This document shows positions 11,754-23,568 of a stretch of DNA of 64,000 nt, piece by piece. Positions within the stretch are counted from its first letter, which is position 1, and each line of letters starts with the position of its first letter. The position numbers and the translations under genes were made by a program. The DNA is from Schizochytrium sp. TIO01 (lineage: Eukaryota; Protista; Bigyra: Labyrinthulomycetes), in contig SMSO01000032.1 in the NCBI GenBank assembly GCA_004764695.1, positions 7,534,483 through 7,598,482 of the forward strand, given 5' to 3'. The notes under the pieces are model-generated. The model saw only the letters and a program-made list of their open reading frames with translations. It was not told the DNA's origin and made no database searches.

Positions 11754-12885
11754 TATAGATCAAATTCTTGAACCCCTTTTTCTATGCCAAACCTCCAGCT
11801 CAAATACAGTATATCTGAAGACAGTCTCTCTACCCGCGTGCTTTAGCGCTGACGTCTGCCAAACGAGATCTCTTGAGCATAGTTTTGCTTGATGTTTAAG
11901 TATACACTGAAAGAACATAATTTTTCTAATAAAGCAGGGCCTCAAGTTCATTTTAAGTTGGAGGTACTTGATAATTATTCCTTAAGTATCCTATCCGTTA
12001 AAGTCGTATCCAAGGTGTGTACTGAAATCGTTTTTCTTTTCCCTTCCTTGGCTTTATATTCTTCCATCCCAATTTAAAAACGAAAGTTCTCTTCATCCAA
12101 TTATGAAAGAATAAAGCACCCAGATAATGATGAAAGGAGCATGCATATGCTGATAGACAGAGCCTCCAGCAGTGGGTACATTGGTAGATTTTTGCAAATT
12201 ACAATTTGTTAAGGTGAAGATGACCTCTAGAAGTCAGCACATTTAAGTGTGTAGAGTTTGTCAACATTTTAAATCTAAGCAATGACCTGCGCTTCAAGTT
12301 TTAAAGCTTTATAACTATGGAGTGTTTGAGGAGTGCATTTTCTAGTCTGTGCTTTTCTACTGCAAAGGAAATAACTTGTTGTAGCTACTTACGAATGAAA
12401 AAAGATGAGGACCCATTCAAGTTGGTTCTCCACCTGAGTTCATCAATATTCTGAAAACGTAAGTTTCATTTCTTTCTTTTTCAAAAAAAGAAAACCACAA
12501 AGTTTAATAAATTATATAGAATTAACAGGAGGTATGAATGTTTCAAGAGCTTCATTATGATTCTTCCATATTCTACAGGAGTCATTTTCGAGAAAAAAAG
12601 CAATAATCAGAGGTGCAATTTATGTCATGAACTCGAGCTTCTTGCCAATACTCGGTTCAAATAAAGAGCTTGTGTGTGTGTGATATTTAGAAATGAGGAA
12701 ATTAATTATAGTAACTTCCTGTTTTGGCCAAAAAGAATTCTTTATCCACGAAAAAATGTGCTGTAAAATAAAGGCGGAAGTTCACCCTTGCAGCAGATTT
12801 CGTAGGAGATTGGATAACCAGCAAGCCTAATCTTGAAATCATAAGTTGAAATGTTCATTAAACTTAGTATCATTTATGTACTTGT

Positions 12886-15800
12886 TTATAAGATTTCTTC
12901 TTCCTCCTCTTCTTCTTCAAGAACGTTGTCACTATTGGCAAGGTCAATGTTATAAAGTTCGCTGGATGCGTCTGGGCTTGGCGCAGGCATGGGGGTAGTT
13001 CCTGGACCAGGAGATGGTGACGGCATCGGGAAGGGGATGTCGGGAGAGGGACTTGGTCGCGGCGCATCTGGACTTGGGCTAGGCGAGGCATGGCTGCTGA
13101 AGAAGTCATTACCCGGCGTCGCCGAGGGTGCACTATAGTCACCAAAAGGGTCATAACCAATTGACGACATGCTTGAGGATTGCTGCTTCGACGAAGATGG
13201 AGTGTTTGACTTTGCGTCTGCCACAGCAGTAGCAGAAGGCGGTTTTGACATACCCTTGATGATCGGGTTCACTTTGCGTCGTTTATTTGAGGAAGACACC
13301 GATGATACAGAAGCAGAGGAAGAAGGGATTGCAGTAATCGCGGTTCCACTATCAACAATAGCTTGCTCAAGTTGTTCATAGACATCGCTCTCGTCATTGA
13401 ATGCGCGCTCTGCCGCTTGAGCCAAATCACGAGCACAAGTTGTAACTTCATCTTGGGGCCCATTGAATGTGGTGGAGTTGCTTACAATAAGTTGAAGATC
13501 ATCAAGAAACGCAGCACGAGTTGTGTACTGCAGCGCCTCATTCTTGTTTCCCATTTTTTTCAGGTACATAGGCTTAGTAATAATATTGTAATAGTTCGGG
13601 AAATCCTTGCCGTTGACCTTGTCCCGAAACCACTTTGCCTGTCGCATCTTACCCAATCGTTGCAAGACCTTGCTAAGTTTCTCACTGAAATCTCCCAGAG
13701 GGCCTGCGCGACGTATACCTCCACGTTTTGGGCGCTTTGAGGACTTGCTATTCCCATCAACGGATCGGCTAGAGCTGTCACGCTGACGCTTCCGTACATT
13801 ATTGAGAATACTCTTAACATCTCGCTTGCTGGTACGACTGGTAGGAACTGAAGTATTACTAATTGTAAGCTTCAACCCTCTCCGCTTGACTTGGTCATTA
13901 TCTTTCAACTCCAGGCCACTTAAGGGGCAAATCACAGCATTACTGACGTGCCCAGGAAGCCCACAAGAGCGACAACGTTTCTGGTCGCCTTCGGCGGGAA
14001 CGGAAGCGGGCCAATTTTTGCCATATTTTCGAATGTTGTTTTGATAATCTTCGTATCTCTTCCTGGCTGCAGCAAGTTCGCGATCTGACCTCACAGATGT
14101 CAACCCACGGCTTCGTGACTTGCTATCATGTCTACCGGAACGCCCATGAGAATCCAAAGGAAGGTTTTCACGGTTACGAATGTCCTCACGGACCTGACGA
14201 ACCACACTATCAGATTTGATGTACTCCACTGAAACCTCAGTTTCACCATTCGGAAGATTGCGAATTACAGTACGACGAACAATCTGCTGCTTTCGAAAAG
14301 GGGGTAGACCAGGCAGATTTGCCGGAATTTGTCGAAGCTTGGCTCGTTCAGCAGCAGCCTTAAGAATTGCTTCATTCTCTCGCTTATCATCCTCTGTAAG
14401 GTGACGTTTGTTAAGACTATCCTTGAACATCATCAATTGTTGCTCTTCGGCAGACATCCCGGGGCCCTTTTTACTTTTGCCCCTTGGTTCTGAGGACTTG
14501 CCCCCATCTCCAAGGACGTTGTCACTGGATTGTGCCGGGTTTCCAAGAAGAGCGACAAAGTTGTTCAGGTCTCCACCATCATCATCCGAGTCATCGTCCG
14601 AGTCGTCGTCCGAGTCGTCGTCAGAATCTTCGTTACTCTTCTTCTTTGTTTTCTTTGTGTCTTTAGTACTACCTGCAGTCGGTGCAGCAGCAATTGGTGC
14701 AACGGTGTTTGTGGTGGAGCTGGTACTAGTACCGGTGCCAGAAGCTGAGCCAGCATTGGCAGTGGGACCGCTTCCATTGGTGTTTGTCGCACTCGCATTT
14801 TCATCACCAGTTTTGTTCGAAGATTTTTTCTGGTCCTTACTTGAACTGGATGATTTCTTTTGTGCTTCTTCATTGCTAGGATTCTCCTCATCAGAGCTGG
14901 CATCAGAGTCAGAGTCATCAGAGTCAGAATCACTATCAAGGTCCTCAAGAATAGCCTCATCTTCCTGTTCGCGTTTTGCAGGAGATTTGGTTGCGTCTTG
15001 AGCTTTTGCTTCATCATCTGCCTCTTCATCTCCATCCTCTTTTTCGGCCTCCTCTTCCGCTTCATCTTCATCTTCCTCGTCCTCTTCTTCCTCGTCATCA
15101 TCACCGTCATCGTCGTTGTTCTTTGCCTCATCATCATCATCATCATCGCCATCGTCATCATCATCGCCTTCGGGATCCTCTTCACCATTGGCCTTACGCT
15201 TTCGTTTCTCGGCACGTTCCTTCTTACGCTTCTCCTTGAGGCGAGTTTTACGCTCTTGACGTTTCTCCTCCTCAAGAACATAAGCAGGGGCTTCCTTACG
15301 GCTGATGGCTTTAATTTGACGCTCAAAAAGAGCATTGACACGTTTTTGAATGACATCACGCTCACGAATATCCTTTTCTGTGAGCTTGGGGGCATTACGC
15401 GCAAACTTTGTCAAGAAAGGAATATTTTCTTGTCCATACGCTGAGGCATACTCCTCGACAAGCATGATACGATCCCAACGATCAAGAAGCTCAATTTCCT
15501 CCTTGTCGTGTCCAAAGAGAGCAAGAATTTTAGCACCGACATCAAGTGTAAGACCACGCAAGTCACGTTCTGTACCACCGTATCGATCACTACGGTTCTT
15601 CTTTTTGTCCTTCTCATCTTTGTCCTGAAGTTTGTCCTCCGCATCAGCAGCCTTTACGGCGCTAAGCGCGGCAGCAGTTGCAGCAGCACCTGCTACACCA
15701 CGATGACGAAATTTATTTCGTTGTCCCTTCCGAAGAGAACCCTCAATAGATTCAGGCAAATAACTGATGGCCTCATGACGGCCAGACGGTTCACCCAATC

Positions 15801-18717
15801 CAATTAGTTTGAGACGCGGCTGCTCGGCACCACGGTTGTTGATGTAACTTTGTGTAAGGTACCACGGCGTCAGCTGAAGCTCGTCAACAATAAACTGCGC
15901 AGCACGAAGTTCTTGCTGCGCTGTCGGTGATAGAACATTATGTTTACGCGCAATGTCCTTTTCATGTTGTGAGCCTGGAACCACACCAGCCGTTCCGCCA
16001 GAAAGAGCAGCTTCCTTCAACGCAAAACCTGCCCGTTCTTTTAGGTGATAGAAATCCATCAGAACAGCTTGAGCATGCATAACACGAGTAACTTCGCATA
16101 CAGCAGTATGCTCAATATAAAGGTCGCGAAGACGCTGCAAACCAGCCTGCAAACTTTCATACTGGCACATACCAGCACCTGAAATCTTCTCACGCAGCTC
16201 GTCGAGATTGCTTTCCTCGCTTGACTTTAGGGTCACGAGACCACGTCCGCTTCGTACAGGATCTGTGATACGTTTGAGTGACTTTTGCACCACCGCTGGG
16301 GTAACCAGGTTGTGAAAGGTCTTTTCAATAATCTTTTGGTCCATGGGAGGATTGCGAGATTTCTGCCGACGCTTCTCTCGCTGGAAGAGGCGAATAATTT
16401 GATAGTCCACAAAGCACTCTTGAAACTCTCTCATTTTAGCCCGTTTATTTGCACGTGTCTCCGCCGTACCAGGGTGGAATACCTCGCGCTGGGGCTCAGT
16501 CTGTCCAACCAAGAAGAGCGATTTAATATTTCGGATGTACACCTCACTCTTGCCACCCTCAGCAGACGGCTTTGGTTTAGGTCTTACTAGGAGAAAGTCA
16601 GTTTTGCTAACCTCATGCTCACTCACAGGCGCCACCATGAGGTTGTTGACAATGGCCGGATAGATGTCCTTAGGACGCAGAATTGCAAAGAAGGGCGAAC
16701 GATCACCAGGCTGCAAAACGACAGTTCGGCCAGCTCCAAGAGGTGCAGGTTGAATAAAGCTATCATCAGTAGGCTTCTCAGCCTGATAAAAATTACAAAG
16801 CATAGAAGCCATACCAACATTACAAAGAAGAGGCGGGCGCTCCTCCATGTACTCAAAGAGGCATACTGCACCTTGGTTTGCGCTGAGATCGGAGGGAGTC
16901 CATGTCTTGCGGTTTTGGCGAACACCCCCACTAACTCCTTGATGTAATGTACTGTGCTTGCCAACTTCGAGTATACTGGAAGCTTCGAGGTGAATCTTTG
17001 GCCTATGTAAATGCTGAGCAGCTTCTACTGATAAGAAAGGTTTGTATTCCTGAACGATGACTTCTTTAGGAATATGCGGCAAACGACGGCAACGCAATCT
17101 TTCGCTGATACCACGACCCATCTCAGTGTTGCTCTCATTCTTTTCATCGATGAATCGAAAATAACCGTTTTCGCGCAACTTAGTACGGCGCTCATCTTTA
17201 CTGATCTTCTTAAGTTGCTTGAGACCGACATTTTCTTTGACAAAACGCTCCTTCTTCTTCTTTTCCACCACCATGGCTTCTCGAGCAAGTAGAGCACCCG
17301 GGCGATAGTCGTTGCCGTAGGCTTCGGTGATTTCCTCTCGTGTAAGGCAACCTGTGTCGTTGGCAGACTTTACGAGAGGAGCTCCAAAGGAAGCATCAAT
17401 AACAACGCGCTTGTCCAGGAGGTCTTCATCCCAGCAAATCTGAGCTACCCAAGCACATGAAGCAAGCTCCTGATTCACTGGTGTGCGTAATTGATGGCCA
17501 ATGGCTAATTCTGAGCATGTCAATTCGATCGGGGCGTTTGCGTCGTCATCAGCGAGCATACCCCAACCGCTTTGATTCCCAGATGCAGCCAAGTCAGCTG
17601 CAGAGGTAATGTCACCTATCGTAGGTGCAGACGTCGCACCTGCAGTTGGAGCATCAACGTGGACCACTTGAGCATGCTTGCTTGTTTTCCGAAGACCTGA
17701 GGCATTTCCAGGCCCACTTGAGTTCCAATCCACTCCGAGATCATCGTCTTCATCAGAATCATCATCGTCCATAGAGTTTGAGGTTTTTGAGGAAGATACA
17801 GTCGCTGGAGCTAGAGGCGGAGGAGGCGGGTGGGGTGCCGCCCCGTTATTAGAAGATGCTGGGAGAGAGCCACTCGTAGGAGAAAGTTTGCTCTTAAGCA
17901 CGATTTTTGGCAGACGGGGCAATTTCCCTGGTGATGTAGATCCATGTCCAACTTTGCCGCCTTGCGACTTATTTTTATCTGGCTTCCCGTCGGTCTTTTC
18001 TGAATTAATAACGACAAGGGTCTTCGCATGAGACTTAGGTGATGACTTCGAAGGGGCTAAATCTTCTGGCTCGTCTTCGTCTTCATCATCGCCCCAACTA
18101 ATGGCATTCTCCCATGCAGTATCAACAGCAGCAACAACCATTGACTCTCCCTTTACTGGTACGTCCAGGATATCAGAGGCACTCGCTGAGCTCAAGTCAG
18201 AAAGCGCTCTATGCTCACTGCTGCCACTTCCTTTGCTTGTTTCGCCAAGACTCTCTGGATCATCATCCACTGAGGAGTTGTCTGAATCAGATGCTTCTTC
18301 TATATCGTCCTCTAAGATATGTCCAACAGTTAGTTGTTCAGCCGGTGTTCCTAAGAGCGAAATACCGACTGAATGGCACAGGACCTGAACTTTTTTCATA
18401 GCATCATGTTCCCAACTCTCCTCATTTACCTTGACTTCACGCTTTCCACGTTTACTTACAGCATTTGGCTGCACCAATGGATGCTGTTGACCTGACTCCG
18501 ATGGAAGTAGGGCTGAGAACTTGAGCGAAGGAGCTCCGCCAGTGCTGGTATGTCCTAGTTTCGGGAATCTCTCCAGCTCTGCTTTACCCATTTCAAGGAC
18601 CTCCGTTTCTGAAAACTTGCTCATGATACCCCGAGGAGCATGACGTCCATCATCCCGAGATTCTGCACGAGCTGCTGGAGCCCTCCCTGCTGCTGCTGTC
18701 CACCGAGCTAACGACAT
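12886..18717 (-). CDS. TAF1: TFIID subunit 1 (TAF1): DUF3591 core, acidic linker, zinc knuckle, single bromodomain
   Basis: EYMEERPPLLCNVGMAS, NNLMVAPV, TDFLLVR, LVGQTEP, CQYESLQAG, LQLTPW, GLGEPSGRHEAISY and GTERDLRGL match the TAF1 core. Knuckle CRSCGLPGHVSNAVICP. Bromodomain PNYYNIITKPM...IVSNSTTFNG. Confidence 0.95.
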   Translation of the reverse strand: MSLARWTAAAGRAPAARAESRDDGRHAPRGIMSKFSETEVLEMGKAELERFPKLGHTSTGGAPSLKFSALLPSESGQQHPLVQPNAVSKRGKREVKVNEESWEHDAMKKVQVLCHSVGISLLGTPAEQLTVGHILEDDIEEASDSDNSSVDDDPESLGETSKGSGSSEHRALSDLSSASASDILDVPVKGESMVVAAVDTAWENAISWGDDEDEDEPEDLAPSKSSPKSHAKTLVVINSEKTDGKPDKNKSQGGKVGHGSTSPGKLPRLPKIVLKSKLSPTSGSLPASSNNGAAPHPPPPPLAPATVSSSKTSNSMDDDDSDEDDDLGVDWNSSGPGNASGLRKTSKHAQVVHVDAPTAGATSAPTIGDITSAADLAASGNQSGWGMLADDDANAPIELTCSELAIGHQLRTPVNQELASCAWVAQICWDEDLLDKRVVIDASFGAPLVKSANDTGCLTREEITEAYGNDYRPGALLAREAMVVEKKKKERFVKENVGLKQLKKISKDERRTKLRENGYFRFIDEKNESNTEMGRGISERLRCRRLPHIPKEVIVQEYKPFLSVEAAQHLHRPKIHLEASSILEVGKHSTLHQGVSGGVRQNRKTWTPSDLSANQGAVCLFEYMEERPPLLCNVGMASMLCNFYQAEKPTDDSFIQPAPLGAGRTVVLQPGDRSPFFAILRPKDIYPAIVNNLMVAPVSEHEVSKTDFLLVRPKPKPSAEGGKSEVYIRNIKSLFLVGQTEPQREVFHPGTAETRANKRAKMREFQECFVDYQIIRLFQREKRRQKSRNPPMDQKIIEKTFHNLVTPAVVQKSLKRITDPVRSGRGLVTLKSSEESNLDELREKISGAGMCQYESLQAGLQRLRDLYIEHTAVCEVTRVMHAQAVLMDFYHLKERAGFALKEAALSGGTAGVVPGSQHEKDIARKHNVLSPTAQQELRAAQFIVDELQLTPWYLTQSYINNRGAEQPRLKLIGLGEPSGRHEAISYLPESIEGSLRKGQRNKFRHRGVAGAAATAAALSAVKAADAEDKLQDKDEKDKKKNRSDRYGGTERDLRGLTLDVGAKILALFGHDKEEIELLDRWDRIMLVEEYASAYGQENIPFLTKFARNAPKLTEKDIRERDVIQKRVNALFERQIKAISRKEAPAYVLEEEKRQERKTRLKEKRKKERAEKRKRKANGEEDPEGDDDDDGDDDDDDEAKNNDDDGDDDEEEEDEEDEDEAEEEAEKEDGDEEADDEAKAQDATKSPAKREQEDEAILEDLDSDSDSDDSDSDASSDEENPSNEEAQKKSSSSSKDQKKSSNKTGDENASATNTNGSGPTANAGSASGTGTSTSSTTNTVAPIAAAPTAGSTKDTKKTKKKSNEDSDDDSDDDSDDDSDDDGGDLNNFVALLGNPAQSSDNVLGDGGKSSEPRGKSKKGPGMSAEEQQLMMFKDSLNKRHLTEDDKRENEAILKAAAERAKLRQIPANLPGLPPFRKQQIVRRTVIRNLPNGETEVSVEYIKSDSVVRQVREDIRNRENLPLDSHGRSGRHDSKSRSRGLTSVRSDRELAAARKRYEDYQNNIRKYGKNWPASVPAEGDQKRCRSCGLPGHVSNAVICPLSGLELKDNDQVKRRGLKLTISNTSVPTSRTSKRDVKSILNNVRKRQRDSSSRSVDGNSKSSKRPKRGGIRRAGPLGDFSEKLSKVLQRLGKMRQAKWFRDKVNGKDFPNYYNIITKPMYLKKMGNKNEALQYTTRAAFLDDLQLIVSNSTTFNGPQDEVTTCARDLAQAAERAFNDESDVYEQLEQAIVDSGTAITAIPSSSASVSSVSSSNKRRKVNPIIKGMSKPPSATAVADAKSNTPSSSKQQSSSMSSIGYDPFGDYSAPSATPGNDFFSSHASPSPSPDAPRPSPSPDIPFPMPSPSPGPGTTPMPAPSPDASSELYNIDLANSDNVLEEEEEEEEIL

Positions 18718-21519
18718 TGTGTTTTAAGTTTAATCTCTCCAAATAAGCAAGACCCTTGATTTTAAAAATATATACTATCGTCAAGCGTCGTTGCTATCTA
18801 CGATATGGATCCTTCGCCCTGCAAACTCAAATCTACGAGGTCCTCAGCCACAAGCGGGAGCGTTAGAATCCGAAGATTGGGATCAAGCTAAAATAGTTTT
18901 GAAAACAGCACTTGGAGGGGCAGAAATATCGATTTTGGATACAGCTTTGAAACCCGAACACCAAATAGCCAGGAGTCGTACGCAGAGCTTTTACAGTTGC
19001 CAAAGAGGTTGGAGAAAGTTGACTTTAAAAGACGGTGGTTTGTCTGGGGAAATGGACGAGGGCCTCCGGCCGTGAAGGTCGTGTCCGTGTACTTGTGAAC
19101 CGCTGCGCTCTGCAGCGAGGTGCGCTAGACGTCGCCGATGCGTTGCGGCACAGCTGTCCACGCAACCTACCACGGCGCTACCCCTGGCGCCTGTGGTACG
19201 TCTGCGGAAACGGAGTCGCCCTCCGTCTGCCAAAGCCGCGCCGCGAGCCGCGCAACCGCTCCTGGGCCACGCTCGCACCGAGGGAAAAACGAGATTGGAG
19301 CGACCGCAACTTCTACTTTCGCTCCCTCTTGCTCATTTGTTGCCTATTGTTCTTCCTATACTCTACTGTGTACTTTATAATTCACTTTTACTTTTACTGC
19401 TTTACTATAGAATATACCATTCTCAGTGAAGATATTACCGTCAAGAAGTCGGGTATAATACTCATAGCCCTCTATTATTGTAAACTATAGGACTTGATAA
19501 AATACATGCGGCGGAAAATGCCCTCTCTCACGAATGTTTTTTCCAATTTTATTTATCATTATCATTATCATTACTATTAGTGAAAATTAAACAGAGAAGA
19601 GAAAAAGAGGCTTGGTTTTCTATACTGATATTACTAGAGTTTTTGATAAGCAGTATCATAGGATAGTAGGTAGATATGGCTTTCTCTATGAGTAGCCGAT
19701 CTCAATATGCTCTGTAGGTTTCTAGATCATGGATTGCCTTACTCAGGTTAGGTGGAATAGTTGCTGAAGTACTTCTTCAAATTCTTTAGGAAATATGATC
19801 CTCTCAATTCGAAGAAGCATTGCTCTTTTAGGTTGCAACCGAAACGGTGGACTCATCTGAGCCTTTTAAACTGTATAAATGATTGTTTACAACAGTCTTA
19901 ATGGTACTTACTAGTACTTTCTGGAGGGGTTGAGATTGAGAACAAAGTTGAGAACGAGGGTGAAAAAAAAGCTCGTAAGACAGTAGTGCAAAACGTTCTG
20001 TTCGTATATTTACAGTCCCGCCAACTGTGCTTTGACTAAAGTATATGATTCTCTCCATTTTCACGCTATATTGTCTCATAGTACCAACCCGTAGAGATCA
20101 ATTCTTCAGAACTTCTCGAAAGATTTTGAAGACACAAGATATTCAGGACTAGCTACAGTTATTCAAAAAGCAAATAAAAACACGGCATGGCCTCTTAAGA
20201 CTACCTCACGCTGGCAGTGGGTATTGCTTTTACTCTTTGCGGATGCAATATAACAACTTCGACGTTCCCGATCAAAGAAATAGAATTTAAAAAAAATCAA
20301 ACTTGCCCACTTTTCAAAATATGAATGTTTTTGTTGCATGAACTCTACCTCACTCCCTTTTCAAAAAGAGTAATTGCAGCTACCTCTCGGTTGCCATTTC
20401 CATAAATCGTAAAAAATGTGCTGATGTTCAGAGTATACAAGTATTTTGGGTTTGAAGCGTACCATGAATGCGAACACCCCTTAGCTGCTCCTTTTTATAT
20501 GAACTTGATCTGATCTTGAAGTAGCAAGAGCTTCAAGAAAGTTGCCCTTGAGTTTTGCATTTGCAACACGATCCGAACTTTCTATTTTTTTAATTCTAGT
20601 TTTTTTAAACCTAATTAGACCCCTCCATGAAACCCACAATTACATAAATCAATCATTGATGTACTCAGCAATAGCACACCTCGGGTCAGACTAGGTTCAA
20701 GCAATGTTGAATGTTTGAAATCTGGTTTTCTGTATTGATTCCTAACGGTAAGTTAAATTCTCATCATAGTACATTTGATATCAAATGATAATATCTTGAC
20801 ATCTTTACCTTATCTCCATTGCCCATACGGGAACAAAGCCTACTACTGACTTCCAAGACAACGTCAACCAAAGAATGCAAAAAGAGTCTAACCTACTTTG
20901 GGGTAGAGGATAACCTACATGACTAGTTTACATTTTAATTATGACAGAACTGAATTAACTAAAGGGAGTTAATTTCTTTTTCGCCGTTGCGAAGAGTTCC
21001 TTGCCTTCGCTTGTATCTCTCCGCAACTGTTCCTGTACCGTTACTTCCACAGGCAACTAATCAAACTATGTCATACTTCCATGCTTTATATTTCTCCATA
21101 ACAGTGACAGTTCCAAGACGATGGTATTGCGACGGATCTGCGCACGCTCCAGACCCGTTCTCCCGTTCTCGCCCCCTTCCTCTCACACGCGTCAAGCAGA
21201 AGTCATCCGTGGCAGGCACCAGTAGCATTCCTTCGCCCAACTGCTCAACTACTCCTGCAGACCCCGAACTCTGCCAGGATGGCTGTTCAGAAAGTTTAAG
21301 CGTGGCGAGTTTTATCGCAGAACTAGGCTTTCATTCAAAGAACTCAGAGCTCCCTCGCATCAGTAATATTCATCGAGACCTTGCAATCTGTCACCATGTT
21401 CACCATGAGCTCCAGCAACGAAGAATCGGACGCCTCTGTCACGCAAGCCTGCATTGAAAACACCCACGAGCCCAGTCCGGGCTCCTTTGTCTCTTCACGT
21501 GCTGTTTTGCAGTACACTC

Positions 21520-23568
21520 ATGCAACGGCACGAAGCTGCGGAACCCATTTTAGTTCCCGAAGTGCCTCGAAGCGGCTCTGCGGCCTCGGACTTCAGTCCG
21601 CAGAACCTGAAGGCGGCATCGGGTGCGCCCATTGCGGGCATGGAGGACAGGATACGTGGCCTAGGTGTGGGCGCCGTAGCTGTGGCGCCCGCGTGCGGCT
21701 CTGCGACTGCTTTAGCGCCTAGTAGTATGTTTATGATGGATGCCACCACGGTGCATTCTGAGATCAGGACTGTACCGCGCGAGACCACGGCGGGCAACTT
21801 CGTCAGGAGTGACCGGGTAGAGTTCTGCACGGAAGCTTCAACTGGATCCTTAGATGGAGTCAAAAGATATCCACCGGAAATAGAGGCTGGCAACTGCGAG
21901 TACAAACTGCAGCTTGCGACCTGTTCGGAGGGACGTCTCGGAAGACTTTCGTCTCAACTCAAGTGGCGCCTTGCAGAAGGTGGCGGCGAGGCGGTCTACG
22001 TTCTCGGTGTAGAGGACGACGGAAACCCTTTGGGAATTTCGAAGGTTCAGATGAAAGAGTCGCTCAAGAAGCTACGATTTATGGCTGCATCAGTGGGCTG
22101 TGAAATTGCAGATGTGTCCATGAACAAGGGTTTCCAGGGTGTGACTGCGGAGGTCAGGGTACGCCGGCAGCAAGTTGCAGAAATTCCAGTGGAGGCCCAA
22201 GTTCTTTTCTTGGGCGCAAGTCGGGTAGGAAAGACCACTCTCGTTGGTGTTCTGAAGACAGACGAGACCGACGATGGTCAGGGACTCGCTCGGCTTCATG
22301 TGCTCAAGCACCAACACGAGATGGACCAAGGCCTCACTTCGGCTACCTCATGTCACAGGCTTCGCTTTGATGCAGATGGCGAAGCTATGCTTGAGAGTGA
22401 AGAAGATCAAGACGTTCCGTCAGAGATTTTTACCGACGTGGATGATCAAGAGATTTGCAAAATGGAAGGTGTTAAGTCTACGGTTATGCTAGTTGATACT
22501 GCTGGTCATCCGAAGTTCTTCAAAACAGCAGTTGATGGCCTGACGGCTATGCTTCCTGACTATGTTATGCTGGTTGTAGACACTGAAGCACTTCAGATTT
22601 ACGATGACGAAGTCGTTTGCGATGATGAAGCTGTCACAGAACGGATTCGGATGACTGTAGATTTGCTTACCATGTGTAAACTCCTTGAGTTCCCCTTCGC
22701 TGTTATAGTGACTAAAGTCGATCTTCTTGACCTCCCTACAGAAGATAAGGTCGCGTCTAAGACTCGGTTGTTGGTAAATAAGCTGCTATCGTGCGTCTTC
22801 GAAAACGAGCAGATTACCACTGTACCAATGTTTGGTTGCTCAAGCATATCCAAGATCGGCATTGAGTCTTTGCGTGATTTCCTTGGAACAATCAGGCCCA
22901 AGTCGACACCAGGAGACCTGCAAAGTGGATCATGCATGTATGTTCGTAAGGTGTATCCGCGAAACGAATACGATGGGGTCATTGTGGAGGGCCGCGTGGC
23001 ATCAGGCCTTATTGCTGTCCATGACCGCCTTTTGTTTGGACCAGATCCACATGGGGATTTTGTTCATGTTCTTGTACAGAGCATCCGTACAGATTACGGT
23101 GCAGACTTACGGCAGGTTTCTGCTGGTCATACGGTGACTTTAGGTTTAAGAATGATTCCGGATAGTGCTGCCTCTTGTCCGCCAAGTGGAGAGGAGCGTG
23201 ATTTAATATCATTGGGTGAACACTCTAATTCATCAGGGACATATCATCGCTTGCAGGACATTGCACGCCGAGGCAGCTGTCTTGTCTCTGAGGTCATGAT
23301 GCCACCTGTGTGCTGGGACCTTACATTGCAAGTGCTTGCTTGCTTAGATCTCACTTCTGGAGCTGTTACGTTGGCCTTGGATGGCGCAAAGCATCATCAG
23401 TTCACCTTGCGCTCAAGCACTGTGAAGCAGCATGTTTTATGCGCGTCGGTTGAGCAAGACCAACTCGCTATCAAGTTTATAGATCGTCCGGAGGCCATTC
23501 CATTGTACGAAAGAATCATTTTGCAACGGGGCTCAACTGTTATCATAGCTCGTTTATGTCAGGCTTGA
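21520..23568 (+). CDS. GTPBP2: GTPBP1/GTPBP2-family translational GTPase (closer to GTPBP2); start uncertain
   Basis: N-domain PPEIEAGNCEYK...QLKWRLAEGGGEAVYVLGVEDDG. G1 GASRVGKTT, DDGQGLAR...KHQHE...GLTS, G3 DTAGH, G4 TKVD, then beta-barrel domain II (IVEGRVASG...GPD). The ORF track starts at TTG 21454; the first ATG is 21520, just after a TTTTGCAG acceptor-like site. Confidence 0.85.
   Translation: MQRHEAAEPILVPEVPRSGSAASDFSPQNLKAASGAPIAGMEDRIRGLGVGAVAVAPACGSATALAPSSMFMMDATTVHSEIRTVPRETTAGNFVRSDRVEFCTEASTGSLDGVKRYPPEIEAGNCEYKLQLATCSEGRLGRLSSQLKWRLAEGGGEAVYVLGVEDDGNPLGISKVQMKESLKKLRFMAASVGCEIADVSMNKGFQGVTAEVRVRRQQVAEIPVEAQVLFLGASRVGKTTLVGVLKTDETDDGQGLARLHVLKHQHEMDQGLTSATSCHRLRFDADGEAMLESEEDQDVPSEIFTDVDDQEICKMEGVKSTVMLVDTAGHPKFFKTAVDGLTAMLPDYVMLVVDTEALQIYDDEVVCDDEAVTERIRMTVDLLTMCKLLEFPFAVIVTKVDLLDLPTEDKVASKTRLLVNKLLSCVFENEQITTVPMFGCSSISKIGIESLRDFLGTIRPKSTPGDLQSGSCMYVRKVYPRNEYDGVIVEGRVASGLIAVHDRLLFGPDPHGDFVHVLVQSIRTDYGADLRQVSAGHTVTLGLRMIPDSAASCPPSGEERDLISLGEHSNSSGTYHRLQDIARRGSCLVSEVMMPPVCWDLTLQVLACLDLTSGAVTLALDGAKHHQFTLRSSTVKQHVLCASVEQDQLAIKFIDRPEAIPLYERIILQRGSTVIIARLCQA

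Noticed and set aside
14408-15444. Long overlapping and antisense ORFs inside TAF1 (similarly 55324-56408 in TPR, 37960-38580 in tetraspanin B, 41660-42136 in the GT gene)
   Set aside because: Shadow frames produced by low-complexity or biased codons of the real CDS.
19035-19490. 151-aa ORF upstream of TAF1
   Set aside because: It crosses a GC-rich promoter-like patch into AT-rich DNA and has no protein-like features.
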